From assembly GCF_046119375.1 (NCBI RefSeq), contig NW_027362763.1, forward strand, positions 569,780,001-569,844,000: DNA of 64,000 bases, written 5' to 3'. A program made the translations under genes and the position numbers. The notes under the pieces are model-generated. The model had not been told where the DNA came from. It saw only the letters and a program-made list of their open reading frames with translations, and did no database searches. The DNA is from Phyllobates terribilis (Eukaryota). Positions 10,365 to 21,450 of the stretch are shown here, piece after piece (the first letter of the stretch is position 1; each line of letters begins with the position of its first letter).

Positions 10365-13300
10365 TTATTCAATCAAACCCAACTTTTTTATTAGGCTCTG
10401 CTGTTTATCAGCATTCAACGCCTTCGTGAAGATGTCTGCTGTCATTTCTTCAGTAGGACAATACTCTAACTTCAAGACTCTTTGTTCCTGATGAACTCTC
10501 AAGAAATGATATTTCACATCAATATGCTTGGTTCTTGGATTGACTCTTTACATCTGAGCAAGAACAAGACATCCTTGATTGTCCTCTTTCAGTTTTGTTG
10601 GTTCCAACTGTGGTTGTCCTAATTCTGTCAACAATTGTCTTAACCACAGTACTTCTTGACTCGCATGTGCTGCGGCAGCATATTCTGCTTCTGTTGAAGA
10701 CGGTGTCACAATTGACTGTTTCTTACTTGTCCAACTTATTGGTCCACTTGAGAGAAAAAAAATATGTTCACTGGTAGATCTTCTGTCAGTTGGATCTCCA
10801 GCCCAATCTGCATCAACATATCCTGTTAAAATGCAATTATCACTTGAGGTTAATTTCAGCTTAACATTGCTAGTTCCTTTCAAATAACGCATTACTATCT
10901 TCACGGCATTCCAATCAGCTTTATTTGGTTTTGATACCTTTCTACTCAGGATTACTACTGCTGCTGCGATGTCTGGTCTTGTAACGGTCGCTAGATACAG
11001 TAGTTTTCCCATTGCTGTTCTGTAGTCTTCATTATTTGGTAGCATATTTTTTTCACTGTTCATCTCTTTGCGATAATTAGTTTCCATTGGAGACTTTACT
11101 GTTTTTGCATCCTTTAACCCTAGAACTCATGACCATAAAAATCTACTTTTTCACATACCTGGGGCCTTTTAGGCCCGTGTGCAAATAACTTGGATTAACT
11201 CAAACAAAAATGACAAACAACTATATACCTGAGGAATACCTAGAGTTTCAAAATTCTAACTAAAGTACTCTTGCAGAAAATAGAAAACAATTAACAGGGC
11301 GGGCCTGCGAGGCCCCAGGTATGCGCTCTAGGGTTAATCCAAATTTTTCTGTTTTGTCTTGAATCATGTGATTTTGATTCAGTAGGAAACTTCCATCTTC
11401 TTCTCTTTCTACCTGTATTCCTAGGTACTGTTTTACATTTCCCAAGTCTTTGATTTCGAAATGTTGCTTCAGGATTTTTAGAATGTTTTCTTTATCCCTT
11501 TCTTGTTTAAAACAAATCAAAATGTCGTCTACATATATGAGTACATAAATCCATCTATTAATCAGCCTTTTTGTGTACAAGCATGGATCAGCTTTGCTTC
11601 TTTGAAATTTTTCATTTGTAAGTACTTCCGTGATTTTGTCATTCCACGCTTTAGCTGCTTGCTTTAAACCATATATGCTTTTCTGTAGTTTGCAAACTTT
11701 GTTTGGATTTCTTTCATCTTTGAATCCTGAAGGTTGTTCCATGTAAATGTCTTCTGTTAAATCTCCATTCAAAAAAGCTCTCTTTACATCCAGATGTCTC
11801 AGTTCCATCTGTTTCATTGCTGCAACTGTAAGTAAAGTTCTTATTGTAGTGTGTTTGACAACTGGAGCAAATGTCTCATCATAGTCTTCTCCATATTTTT
11901 GAGAATACCCTTTAGCTACGAGTCTTACTCGGTATCTTTCAGCTGTTTGGTATTTTACTTTAAAAATCCATTTACATCCTATGGCTTTTCTTCCTTCTGG
12001 CAAATCTGTTAGTGTCCATGTATTTGAATCATGCATGGATTTAATTTCTGTTTCTGTTGCTTCTATCCATTTATTAGCTTCTTCTTCAGGAAGTTTAGAT
12101 ATGTCTTCCCAAGAGGTAGGCTCATAGATTTTTCTTATGCTTGTCTTGTATGGGAGATGTTTTGGTGGTTTTCCTTTGTTCTCTCTCATTGAACGTCTTG
12201 GTTCTGTGTCTGTTTGTAGTTGTGATTCTTCACTTTCAGTATTTTGTTCTTCATTGATTTCTACTTCTTTCTCATCAGATATTTCTTCAGTTATGTCACT
12301 ATTGTTTTTCTCATTTTTTGTTTCAACTGAAATCATAATGTCTTCATTTAAATCTTCAATGAATGTCACACTGTTACTCACCGTAACTCTGTCTGTTTTT
12401 GGATCTAGGATTCTATATCCTTTGCAATTTTCACTATATCCAACGAATATTCCTTCCATGGATCTGTTTTGAAGTTTGGAACGTTTTTCTGTTGGAATGA
12501 ATATAAAAACTTTACACCCAAAAACTTTTAAATGATTGACACTTGGTTTCATACCTTGCCACAGGTCATATGGAGTTTTCGTCAGTTTTCTGGAAAAAAG
12601 TCGGTTCTGTAGATATGTAGCTGTCATTGCTGCCTCACCCCAATATTTCTCTGGTAGTTTGGAATCCGTCAGCATACATCTTATCATTTCTGTTAGAGTT
12701 CTGTTTTTCCTTTCTGCTACTCCATTTTGTTCAGGTGTGTATGGAACAGTTTTCTGGTGTTCTATTCCATTTTGTCTTAAGTATTCTTCTATTCTGTGAC
12801 CTGTAAATTCACCTCCATTATCACTTCTGATGACAATTGGCTTCCTTTGAAATTTGTTACTTGATCTTGTTACATAGTCTACAAGTTTATCAAAAACTTC
12901 ACTTTTGTTCTTAATTAAGTATGTGACTGTGTATCTTGAGTAGTCGTCTATAAAAGTCAACATGTATCTATTGCCTCCTGATGTAGTCACTTTCATGGGT
13001 CCACATACGTCAGTATGCACCAAATCAAGTGGTCTTTCGCTTTTCATCTCACTTTCTTTTGGAATAGATATCCTTGTGGCTTTGGATTTTATACAACATT
13101 CACATCTTACGGTAATTGAGCAATCTGATATCTTTAAATCTTTTGTCAATTCTTTTCTCTGTAGTTCCCTTATACTGTCAGGGTGTTTATGTCCTAGACG
13201 TCTATGCCACATGTGAATACAGTTTTTGTGATCATGTGTACATACCTTCATCTGTTCCTTTGGTGTGTCAAAATGATATAATTGTTCATCTGCCTTGACT

Positions 13301-14445
13301 TTGGTTATCACCTTGTTTCCTGCAATAATTGCACACTCATTGTCTTTGAATTTTACTGTAAATCCTTTTGCTGTTAAACGTTTCACAGATAATAATCCGC
13401 CTTTCAATTTTGGAACATACAACACATCCTGTACAAGTATCTTTGAATCTTGTCCGAACTTGTTTGAACAATTTAGCATACCTTGTCCGATACCTTCTGC
13501 GGTTATTTTGCTTCCATCTGCAAGATAAATGGCTTCTTTCTTATCTAAATCAAGATCAGTAAAGAAATTCTTGTCACTTGTCATATGACTCGTTGCTCCT
13601 GAATCAATAAACCAACCAAGTGATGATTTCTTGTCTGTTACTTTAAATGTGCCATTCCAATTATTCTCACATGAATTGGAAATTGTGTTTTTTACTTTCT
13701 GTGTATGCTTTTTATGTTGTAATTTTTGTTGTTCTGCTTTCCATATGGTACAGTCTTTCTTTAAATGACCTTTTTTCTTACATCTGAAGCATTCTTTTGT
13801 CTCTTTATTATAGGGTTTTTTAAATTCTGTAGCTTTAAGAGCGTTTTCACTGTCCTTTTCAGTAGAAGAATCATTTCTTTGTTCTTTTCTTCTCTGATAT
13901 TCATCTATTAGTCTTGTTTTCACAAAATCTAATGTAATGTCAGTTTCTGGTCTCGTCTCAAGGGCATTTATCAAGGCTGTATACGAATCTGGTAAACTGC
14001 ATAATAATATAGCTGCTACATGACTTTCTTTAATGTCTTCACCAATAGATCTTAGCTGTGATATCACTTCCATCATTGAGAATATGTGCTTCTGCATGTC
14101 GTCATTTGCACTCAATCTCATACTGTAAAGCTTTCTTAATAAATATAACTTGTGATTCAAGCTAGGTCTTTCATACAGTTTTCTTAATTCTTCCCACATT
14201 CCTTTAGCTGTTTCTTCATTTCTTATATGTATCAATTGAGCATCATCCACTAATAAGATAATGGTGGCTCTCGCTTGTCTATTCTTCTTATCCCATGTCT
14301 GATTATCTTGATCTGGTCTTTCTGTAACAATTACTTCCCATAAATCATCCTTGGATAACAACATCTCTACTTTGAATTTCCATAACTGATAATTTTCACT
14401 ATTCAGTTTAGCTACTGTGAATTTCAGTTCTGTGTTACTCATCAT
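10365..14445 (-). pseudogene. gag-pol: Copia gag-pol polyprotein (~1286 codons when repaired); broken by a 220-bp insertion and one in-frame TAA at 10548-10550
   Basis: CFRCKKKGHLKKDC knuckle, IDSGATSHM protease, HRRLGH..CECC/HTDVCGP/RSDNGGEF/GVAERKNR integrase, YVDD RT, GYVDADWAGD/EAEY RNase H. The frame continues past the TAA to ...KKLGLIE* at 10365. Confidence 0.95.
11118..11333. mobile_element. 216-bp piggyBac-type MITE inserted in the Copia RT
   Basis: TTAA TSD at 11114-11117 and 11334-11337. TIR CCCTAGA/TCTAGGG plus an internal inverted repeat (catacctggggcc..ggccc). Removing it restores KFGL-KDAKTVKSPM in frame. Confidence 0.88.
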
Positions 14446-14687
14446 CTTTATATAGTCTTACTTGTTTAGAGAGTTGTACTGAAGATATTCTCCTGTTTTT
14501 CTTGCTGATAGTTCCTGTATGTCCTGCCTGCGTTGAATTCTCTGTAATTATATCCAGCTCCTGGGATCATGAATTCCTCTGTCACTCTGTATCTGGATTT
14601 ATTTCCTTCTGTTCACAGAGCTTATCTGTGTGCTCCGTTATCTGGGGTTATAAACCAGGATCCTCTTGTAGTGCGGGCCTGTAGTGT

Positions 14688-14701
14688 CTGGGCCCATAAC
14701 C
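14688..14701 (-). promoter_or_regulatory. Copia primer-binding site complementary to the anticodon region of tRNAi-Met (half-tRNA priming)
   Basis: GGTTATGGGCCCAG directly follows the 5' LTR end. It is the reverse complement of CTGGGCCCATAACC in vertebrate tRNAi-Met, the PBS type known from Drosophila copia. Confidence 0.85.
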
Positions 14702-15015
14702 TGTCGCAGAGTGCATCTTCTTACAGTCACCACTGTACTTACGAAAGCTTCAATCAGCAAGATATCTTGAGTAAACAGTATTTACTTCATACTGGTTAAA
14801 CATGAGATACAATTCAGTGTCACACAGTCAGTGTGCTGCTGACATAACACATTCAGGAAAAAAAAAAGAAACATAGGAAGTAAGAAACAACCAACAATTG
14901 AGAACTTTCCTCCCACCATTACAGCAAACATATAACTTTGCACACTATCGCCATCTGCTGTCTGGTTAGTATAAAGTCCTCCTTTCACTTATAATAAGTC
15001 CTAATCTGTTGCATA

Positions 15016-16061
15016 TGACGCGCCTCCTGGGCCTGTGCTGTGCAGGGGGATACCCGGAGCCTGATCGCTGGGGGTTGTAGTCCTCCGTGGCGGTGACCCG
15101 GTCCGTGCCCAGGGCGGTCAAACCAGTGGCAGTCTGAGTGTGATAACAATGTCCGACTATGCCACCCGTGGATTGCGGTCAGTGGGGACCGCCGCTGCGC
15201 TGCCGACCGCTGAGGCTGATGTTGTTTGCGCAGCCGAGTAAGGGATAACTCCCCACGGGAGAAGTATTGCCTCAGGGCAGCTAGTGTGGATGATGGGAGT
15301 GACGGTGTGAGCGTCCCAGTAGTAATGGTGCTGGTGCGGCGATGAAACACAGAGACGTGTGGTGCAGTTCAGGGTCTTTACTGATGGTATAACACAGACC
15401 CTCCCGGGAGTACTGGTTAGCAGTAGGGGCCTGGTCAGTCTGTAAGCAAGTAGGATCTCCCCTGGCCAGGTGGAGTTGTAGGCCTCCCCGACTATCTGCA
15501 CTCTTTCCTGGCTACCTTGCTCTATGCAGGTAGAAGTAGCCCACGTCCCTGAGTATACCGTGTGGTGCTCACCCGTATGGCCGGTGACTTGGGGCCTTCC
15601 GTTAGCCTTCACGATGGCGGTGCTGGTCCCTTGCTTGTGACCGTGCCTCCGGGCTTCTAAGGCCAGAGGACATGGAATCCCCTGCCGGTTGGATTCTGCT
15701 GCTGGACCTGGATGTCCCCACAGCCTCGGACTCCGTGTCCGGGTTTAGTGTCTTCAACCAGGGCGAACTCTGCTCAGCTCCAGCCCCTGGTATTCAGCTA
15801 CTGTTCCTACAGAGCTCCTAGTTCTTGCTTTCCCTCTGTCTGCTGTCCTCCAGACCTGACTGTGTCTCTGTCTGGGACTTCACTCCAGGCTCTGACTAAC
15901 TTAATCCCGCCCCAGACCCAGTTTATAAGGGCAGATTCCTCCCCTCCCAGGTCTGGGTGGGCCGTGTTGCATGCTTAGGGCTCCTGACCAGAGAAACCTC
16001 CCACTTACTCTCAGACATAATATTTCTATTACTGTGGCAACCAGACCCCTGGGGTGCCACA
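15016..16061 (-). mobile_element. Gypsy-type solo LTR (family B-like) inserted inside the Copia 5' LTR
   Basis: Minus-strand termini TGTGGCACCCC...GGCGCGTCA. TSD CATA at 15012-15015 and 16062-16065. The remaining 8 bp of Copia LTR (TGCCAACA) follow. Confidence 0.92.
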
Positions 16062-17430
16062 CATATGCCAACAATGAGCACAACACAGCCTCCCTATATA
16101 CTGCATGAGCACCATACAGCCTTTTATATACAGCATGAGCCCCACACAGCCTCCCTATATGCTGCATGAGCACCAAACAGCCTCCTATTTAAAACATGAG
16201 CCCCACACAGCCTCCTATCTACAGCATGAGCCCCACACAGCCTCCCCATATACTGCATGAGCCCACAGCCTCCTCATAACCACCACATGTCAAGCATGAG
16301 ACTCCCATAGCCTCCCAATGTCCAGCAGGAGACCCTCATAGCCTTCCCATGTCCAGCATGACAGCCCCATAGCCCCCCTATATACAGCATGAGAGCTCCA
16401 TAGCCTCCCCAAGTCCAGTATGAGAACCCCATAGCCTCCCTATATATAGCATGAGAGCCTACAGCATGAGAGCCCCATAGCCTCCCCATGTCCAGGATGA
16501 GACCCCAATACCCTCTCTATGTCTCTATGAATTCAATGGGAGGCAAAACCAAATGCATAGACAACACCTTCAGGCATCAAAAGTGGCATCAATTGACCCA
16601 CAGTAGAAATTTTATAATGGCACCTCAGCAGTAAGCCATGGGCCATGCATAAGGTATCAGGGTCTGGGCCAGCATTTACGGCTTTGAATTTAACTTCAAT
16701 TTAAGATGAGGTGGGTGAGGGACCGGTGTAGGCCTGCTGTGCTGGGAGCCCTGATACCACATGCAACAGCTCAAGCTGCTTTTCTGCTTTGCGGGCACCA
16801 TAATGAATATTGAAGGGGCCAGGGACTGCGAGAGTTAAAAGGCTGTAAGGGATGGTGAATAGGATGTGAGGTAGGCTTGAGGTGAGCAAAAGGACGGATT
16901 GGCTTTGGGAAAGAGGGAGGGTCAAGAGTGGTATATAAGGTTAGGAGAGGGGGAAAATCTCCCTCTTCCACCTCTGACCTGAGGACAACACGCACCCTCC
17001 CTCCCCCTTGGTTATGGGGTTTTGATTGTTATAAAGGGAATTGTCACAGCTGGCGGAAAGCTTTGGCTCCTAAATTACATGCTCACTGGTTATCAGTCAC
17101 AGGCATGTGCTTTATAGGAGCATAAAATTATGGTGTGCTATATAAATTTTTAAATAAAGCTGTGGCCACTGCTTTACCTAACAAAGCCGTTTCAGTTTGA
17201 GTTATTAAATTCGGTAAGAACAACATCCCTGGGTCACCGGCGTGATCTAAGCAGTCCAGCTACACTCAGGTGCACAAATATCAGTTTTGTAGACTACCAT
17301 TGCTAGAAAAATTTAAGGATAGTTGATTGAAAGTAAGTGCAGGCCTGCTGGTCTGGGAGCTACAGGCAACACGCATGAAGGAGATCCAACTTAGAGAGGT
17401 GTCCACATTAGAAAAAAATAGGGGCAGACA

Positions 17431-17690
17431 CCACTAAAGTGGCATCAATTTCTTCAGAGTAGAAATAGTATAATGGGGCTTTGACACCCCTTCCACTACA
17501 GGAAACATACCAGATGGAGACTCAACCAGGAGTCTCCACATTTCAAAAAAATATTGCCATACACCACTAAAGTGGCATCAATTTTACCAGAATAGAAATA
17601 GTATAATAGGGCACTGACACCCCTTCCACTACAGAAAACAGAGACCCAACCAGGAGTCTCCACATTTCAAAAAATTATTGATAACATCAG
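17431..17690. repeat. Two ~133-bp direct repeats downstream of the degraded hAT ORF
   Basis: ccactaaagtggcatcaatt...gacaccccttccactacag...ccaggagtctccacatttcaaaaaa occurs twice; a partial copy lies near 16575. Confidence 0.7.
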
Positions 17691-19857
17691 CAGCAGTAGC
17701 AACAGCAGGCACAGAAGCTACGACAAAGGTGTCACAGACTGCAATAACGCAAGATCAATGCAGCACACTAAAAATTACACCATCACCTAGTCTGCACAGT
17801 CTGAGATTGGGGTGCAAAAGTTCTTGGAGATCCATGACTTGTTTATCTTGATGAAAGTTAGGCAGTCTACACTTTCAGGGTACAGCCTGATGTGCTGATC
17901 CATCAGAACACCACCAACAGCACTGAAGACACGTTCTGAGAGAACGCTGGCTGCCGGCCATGAAAAATTTCCAAGGCATGAAAGGCGAGCTTAGGCCACT
18001 CTTCCATTTTTGATGACTGAAATGCAAACGGGTCCAAACCCTCCCTGATGGCATTGATATTGAGCTTGAGATACTCCTGCACCATCCTTTCCAGTCGTTC
18101 ACTACGTGTCAGACTTGTACTCTGTTCTGCTGGTGCACGGGCTGGTCTAAAAAATGTGTGAAACGACTCACAGAAATTGCTTCTGCAACTTACACTGCTG
18201 CTGCTGCTGATGTTTTTACATTGACGAATTGACGTTCCCGGGGTTGGAAGTCTACAACTGCAATGCACACTGTATGCCTCACTGCTGTCTTGGGGAAAAC
18301 CACTCTTAACTCCTTTAAAGCCCATGACGTACTATTCCGTACCTGCGCCCTGGGCTTTAAGAGCCTGGTATGGAATAGCACGTCATGGCGATCGCGCCCG
18401 CACACAGGCTGTGTGGGCGCGATCGTCTGCGGGTGTCAGCTGATTGTCACAGCTTACACCCGGTACTACATGCAGGGAGCGATCCTGCACCGCTCCCGGC
18501 ACATTAACCCCCGCAATGCTGCGATCGAAGTCGAAGGGGAGGTGATCGGGATACTCACCTCCTCTTCCGGCCTCCAGCGCTGTCTGCAGCGGCTTCCTGG
18601 ATGTTGCCATGACGACCCGTTGTCGTCATGACAACATCCGGGTCACCAGACAGCAGTAAGATAGTTTGGTCATGCGCAGTGCATGACCAAACGATCTTCT
18701 CCCTGTGCAGCGCTGACAGCCTGCATAGCACAGGAATGGTGCTCCATTTCTGTGCTATGCAGCTGATCAGAATAAAAAAACTGAAAGTCCCATAGTGGGA
18801 CAAAGTATAAAAGTAAAAAAAAGTATCGGAAAGTGAAAAAAAAAATAAAAAAAAAAATTGTAAAAATATAAAAAAAAAAATAGTAACCCATCAAAAATAA
18901 AAATATAATGTACCCATCAATAAATATTATTATGAAAAAAAACAAAGCAAAACAATAAAAGTACACACATTTGGTATCGCCGCGTCTGGAACAATCTGAC
19001 CTATAAAATTGGCCCACTATTTAACCCCTTCAGTGAACACAGTTAAAAAAATAAATAAAAAACGATGCAAAAAACAATGCTTTATCACCATACCGCCAAA
19101 CAAAAAATGGAATAACACGCGATCAAAAAGACGAATATAAATAAAAATGGTACCGCTGAAAACGTCATGTTGTCTCGCAAAAAACAAGCCGCCACACAGC
19201 TCCATTAGCTGAAAAATAAAAAAGTTCCAGCTCTCAGAATAAAGCGATGCAAAAAATATTTTTTTCTATAAAATAGCTTTTATTGTGTAAAAGCGCCAAA
19301 ACATAGAAAAATGATATAAATATGGTACCGCTGTAAACGTACTGACCCGAAGAATAACACTGCCTTATCAATTTTACCACATGCGGAACAGCATAAAAAA
19401 AATAAGAAAAAAACAATTCCTGAATTGTTGTTTTTTTTTTTTCTGCCTCTCAAAAAACGGAATAGAAAGCGATCAAAAATGTCACGTGCCCGAAAATGGC
19501 ACCAATAAGAATGTCAACTCATCCCGCAAAAAACAAGCCGTCACATGACTCTGTTGGCCAAAAACTTATAGCTCTCAAAATATAGCAGTGCAAAAACTAG
19601 ATTTTACAAAAAAGGTGTCTTTTAGTGTCTGACAGCTGTCAATCATAAAAACCCGATATGAATCTGGTATCGCTGTAATCGCACCGACCCGAAGAACAAA
19701 GACGTCTAATCACTTATACCGCACGAGGAACGGCGCGGCGTAAAAAATAAACTCTCGGGTTAGGGTTGTGCTAGGGCTAGGGTTGGGTTGGGGCTTGGGT
19801 TAGGATTTGGATTTTTTTCAAAAGTAAAAAAAAAAAAAAAGATGACTATATGGCGAC

Positions 19858-20156
19858 TAGTGTTGAGCGCAAGTGCTCGCTACTTGACTTTGCATCGGGT
19901 GCTCGGGTATGCGCTGAGTATCGCGGGTGCTCGAGTGACATGCTCGAGTCTCCGCCCCGTATGCTTCAGGGCCAAAAAATCCTTGCGGGGATTGCCTGCC
20001 ATGCACGAGCGATCCCCGCATGTTTTTTTTGGGTGTCTAATAACCGTGAAACATGTGGGTGGGGACTCGAACATGTCACTCAAGCACCCGCAATACATGG
20101 TGCATACCTGAGTATCCGATGCAAACTCAATTAGCAAGCACTTGCGCTCAAGACTA
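19858..20156. mobile_element. hAT-type MITE nested in the piggyBac-like element
   Basis: TIRs TAGTGTTGAGCGCAAGTGC / GCACTTGCGCTCAAGACTA. Degenerate 8-bp TSD ATGGCGAC / ATGACAAC. Confidence 0.75.
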
Positions 20157-20234
20157 ATGACAACTTATTCAATATGATGACCTAATGTTATCAAATTCTG
20201 CGTCGTACCTCTGGGTTCAAAATGTTCACTATAT

Positions 20235-21450
20235 CCCTTGACAAAATCCTTGAGGGGTGTAGTTTCCAAAATGGGGTCACTTGTGGGGGGTTTCCAATAT
20301 TTAGGCACATCAGGGGCTCTCCAAACGCGACATGGTGTCCGTTCTCGATTCCAGCCAATTTTGCGTTCAAAAAGTCACACAGTTCTCCTTCACCCCTGAA
20401 CCCTGCCGTGCGCCCAAACACTGTATTTTCCCCACATATAGGGTATTGGTGTACTCAGGAGACATTGCACAAAAGTTTTTGGGGTCCATTTTCTCCTCTT
20501 ACCCTTTTAAAAAAAAAAAATTGTGGCTAAAACATTATTTTTGTGGAAAAAGTTTGATTTTTTTATTTTCACGGCTCCATGTTATAAACTTCTGTAAAGG
20601 ACTTGGGGGTTCAGAGTGCTCACCACACATTTAGATAAGTTCCCTGAGGGGTCTAGTTTCCAAAATGGTATCACTTGTGGGGGTTTTCCACTGTTTAGGC
20701 ACATCAGGGGCACATCCGCTAATTATTCAAGCAAATTTTACATTCAAAAAGTCAAATGGCGTTCCTTCCTTTCCAAACCCTGCCGTATGCACAAGCAGTG
20801 GTTTTCCCCCACATATTGGGTATCTGCTTACTCAGGGGAAATTGTAAAACAAACTGCATGGTGCAATTTCTCCTGTTACCCTTATGAAAATGCAAAATTG
20901 GGGGCTGAAAAACATTTTTGTGGTAAAAATGTGAAAATTTTATTTTTACGGCTCAATGTTCTAAACTTCTGTGAAGCACCTGGGGGTTTAAGGTGCTCAA
21001 CACACATCTAGATAAGTTCCCTGAGGGGTCTAGTTTCCAAAATGGTGTCACTTGTGGGGGGTTTCCACTGTTTAGGCACATCAGGGGCTCTCCAAACGCA
21101 ACATGGCGTCCGATAATTATTCAAGCAAATTTTACAATCAAAAAGTCAAATGGTTCTCCTTCTCTTCCAAACCCTGCCGTGCGCTCAAACAGTGTTTTAT
21201 CCCCACATATGGGGTATCTGAGTGCTCAAGGGAAATTGCACAACAAATTATGGGGTCCATTTTTTCCTGTTACCCCTGTGAAAATAAAAAAAAATGGGTT
21301 TAAAATAACATTTTTGTGAAAAAAGTTAATTGTTAATTTTTTTCTTCCACATTCCAAAAATTCCTATGAAGCACCTGAAGGGTTAATAAAGTTCTTGAAT
21401 GTGGTTTTGAGCACCCTGAGGGGTGCACTTTTTAGAATGGTGTCAATTTT
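20235..21450. repeat. ~385-bp tandem repeat, about three copies, internal to the piggyBac-like element
   Basis: tagataagttccctgaggggtctagtttccaaaatgg...tcacttgtggggg recurs at ~20240, 20630 and 21008, and degenerate at ~21410. Confidence 0.8.

Larger units (their letters stand above)
10023..16073 (-). mobile_element. Full-length Ty1/Copia LTR retrotransposon
   Basis: 3' LTR 10023-10343. 5' LTR 14702-15015 plus 16066-16073. 5-bp TSD ATGAG at 10018-10022 and 16074-16078. Domain order gag-PR-IN-RT-RH. The LTRs differ by ~7 substitutions and 1 indel in 321 bp (manual count). Confidence 0.96.
7900..16500. repeat. 30-bp minisatellite split into blocks 7900-8521, 9618-10022 and 16074-16500 by LTR insertions
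   Basis: Unit agcatgagccccacacagcctcctatatac. The array resumes in register after each TSD. Confidence 0.9.
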
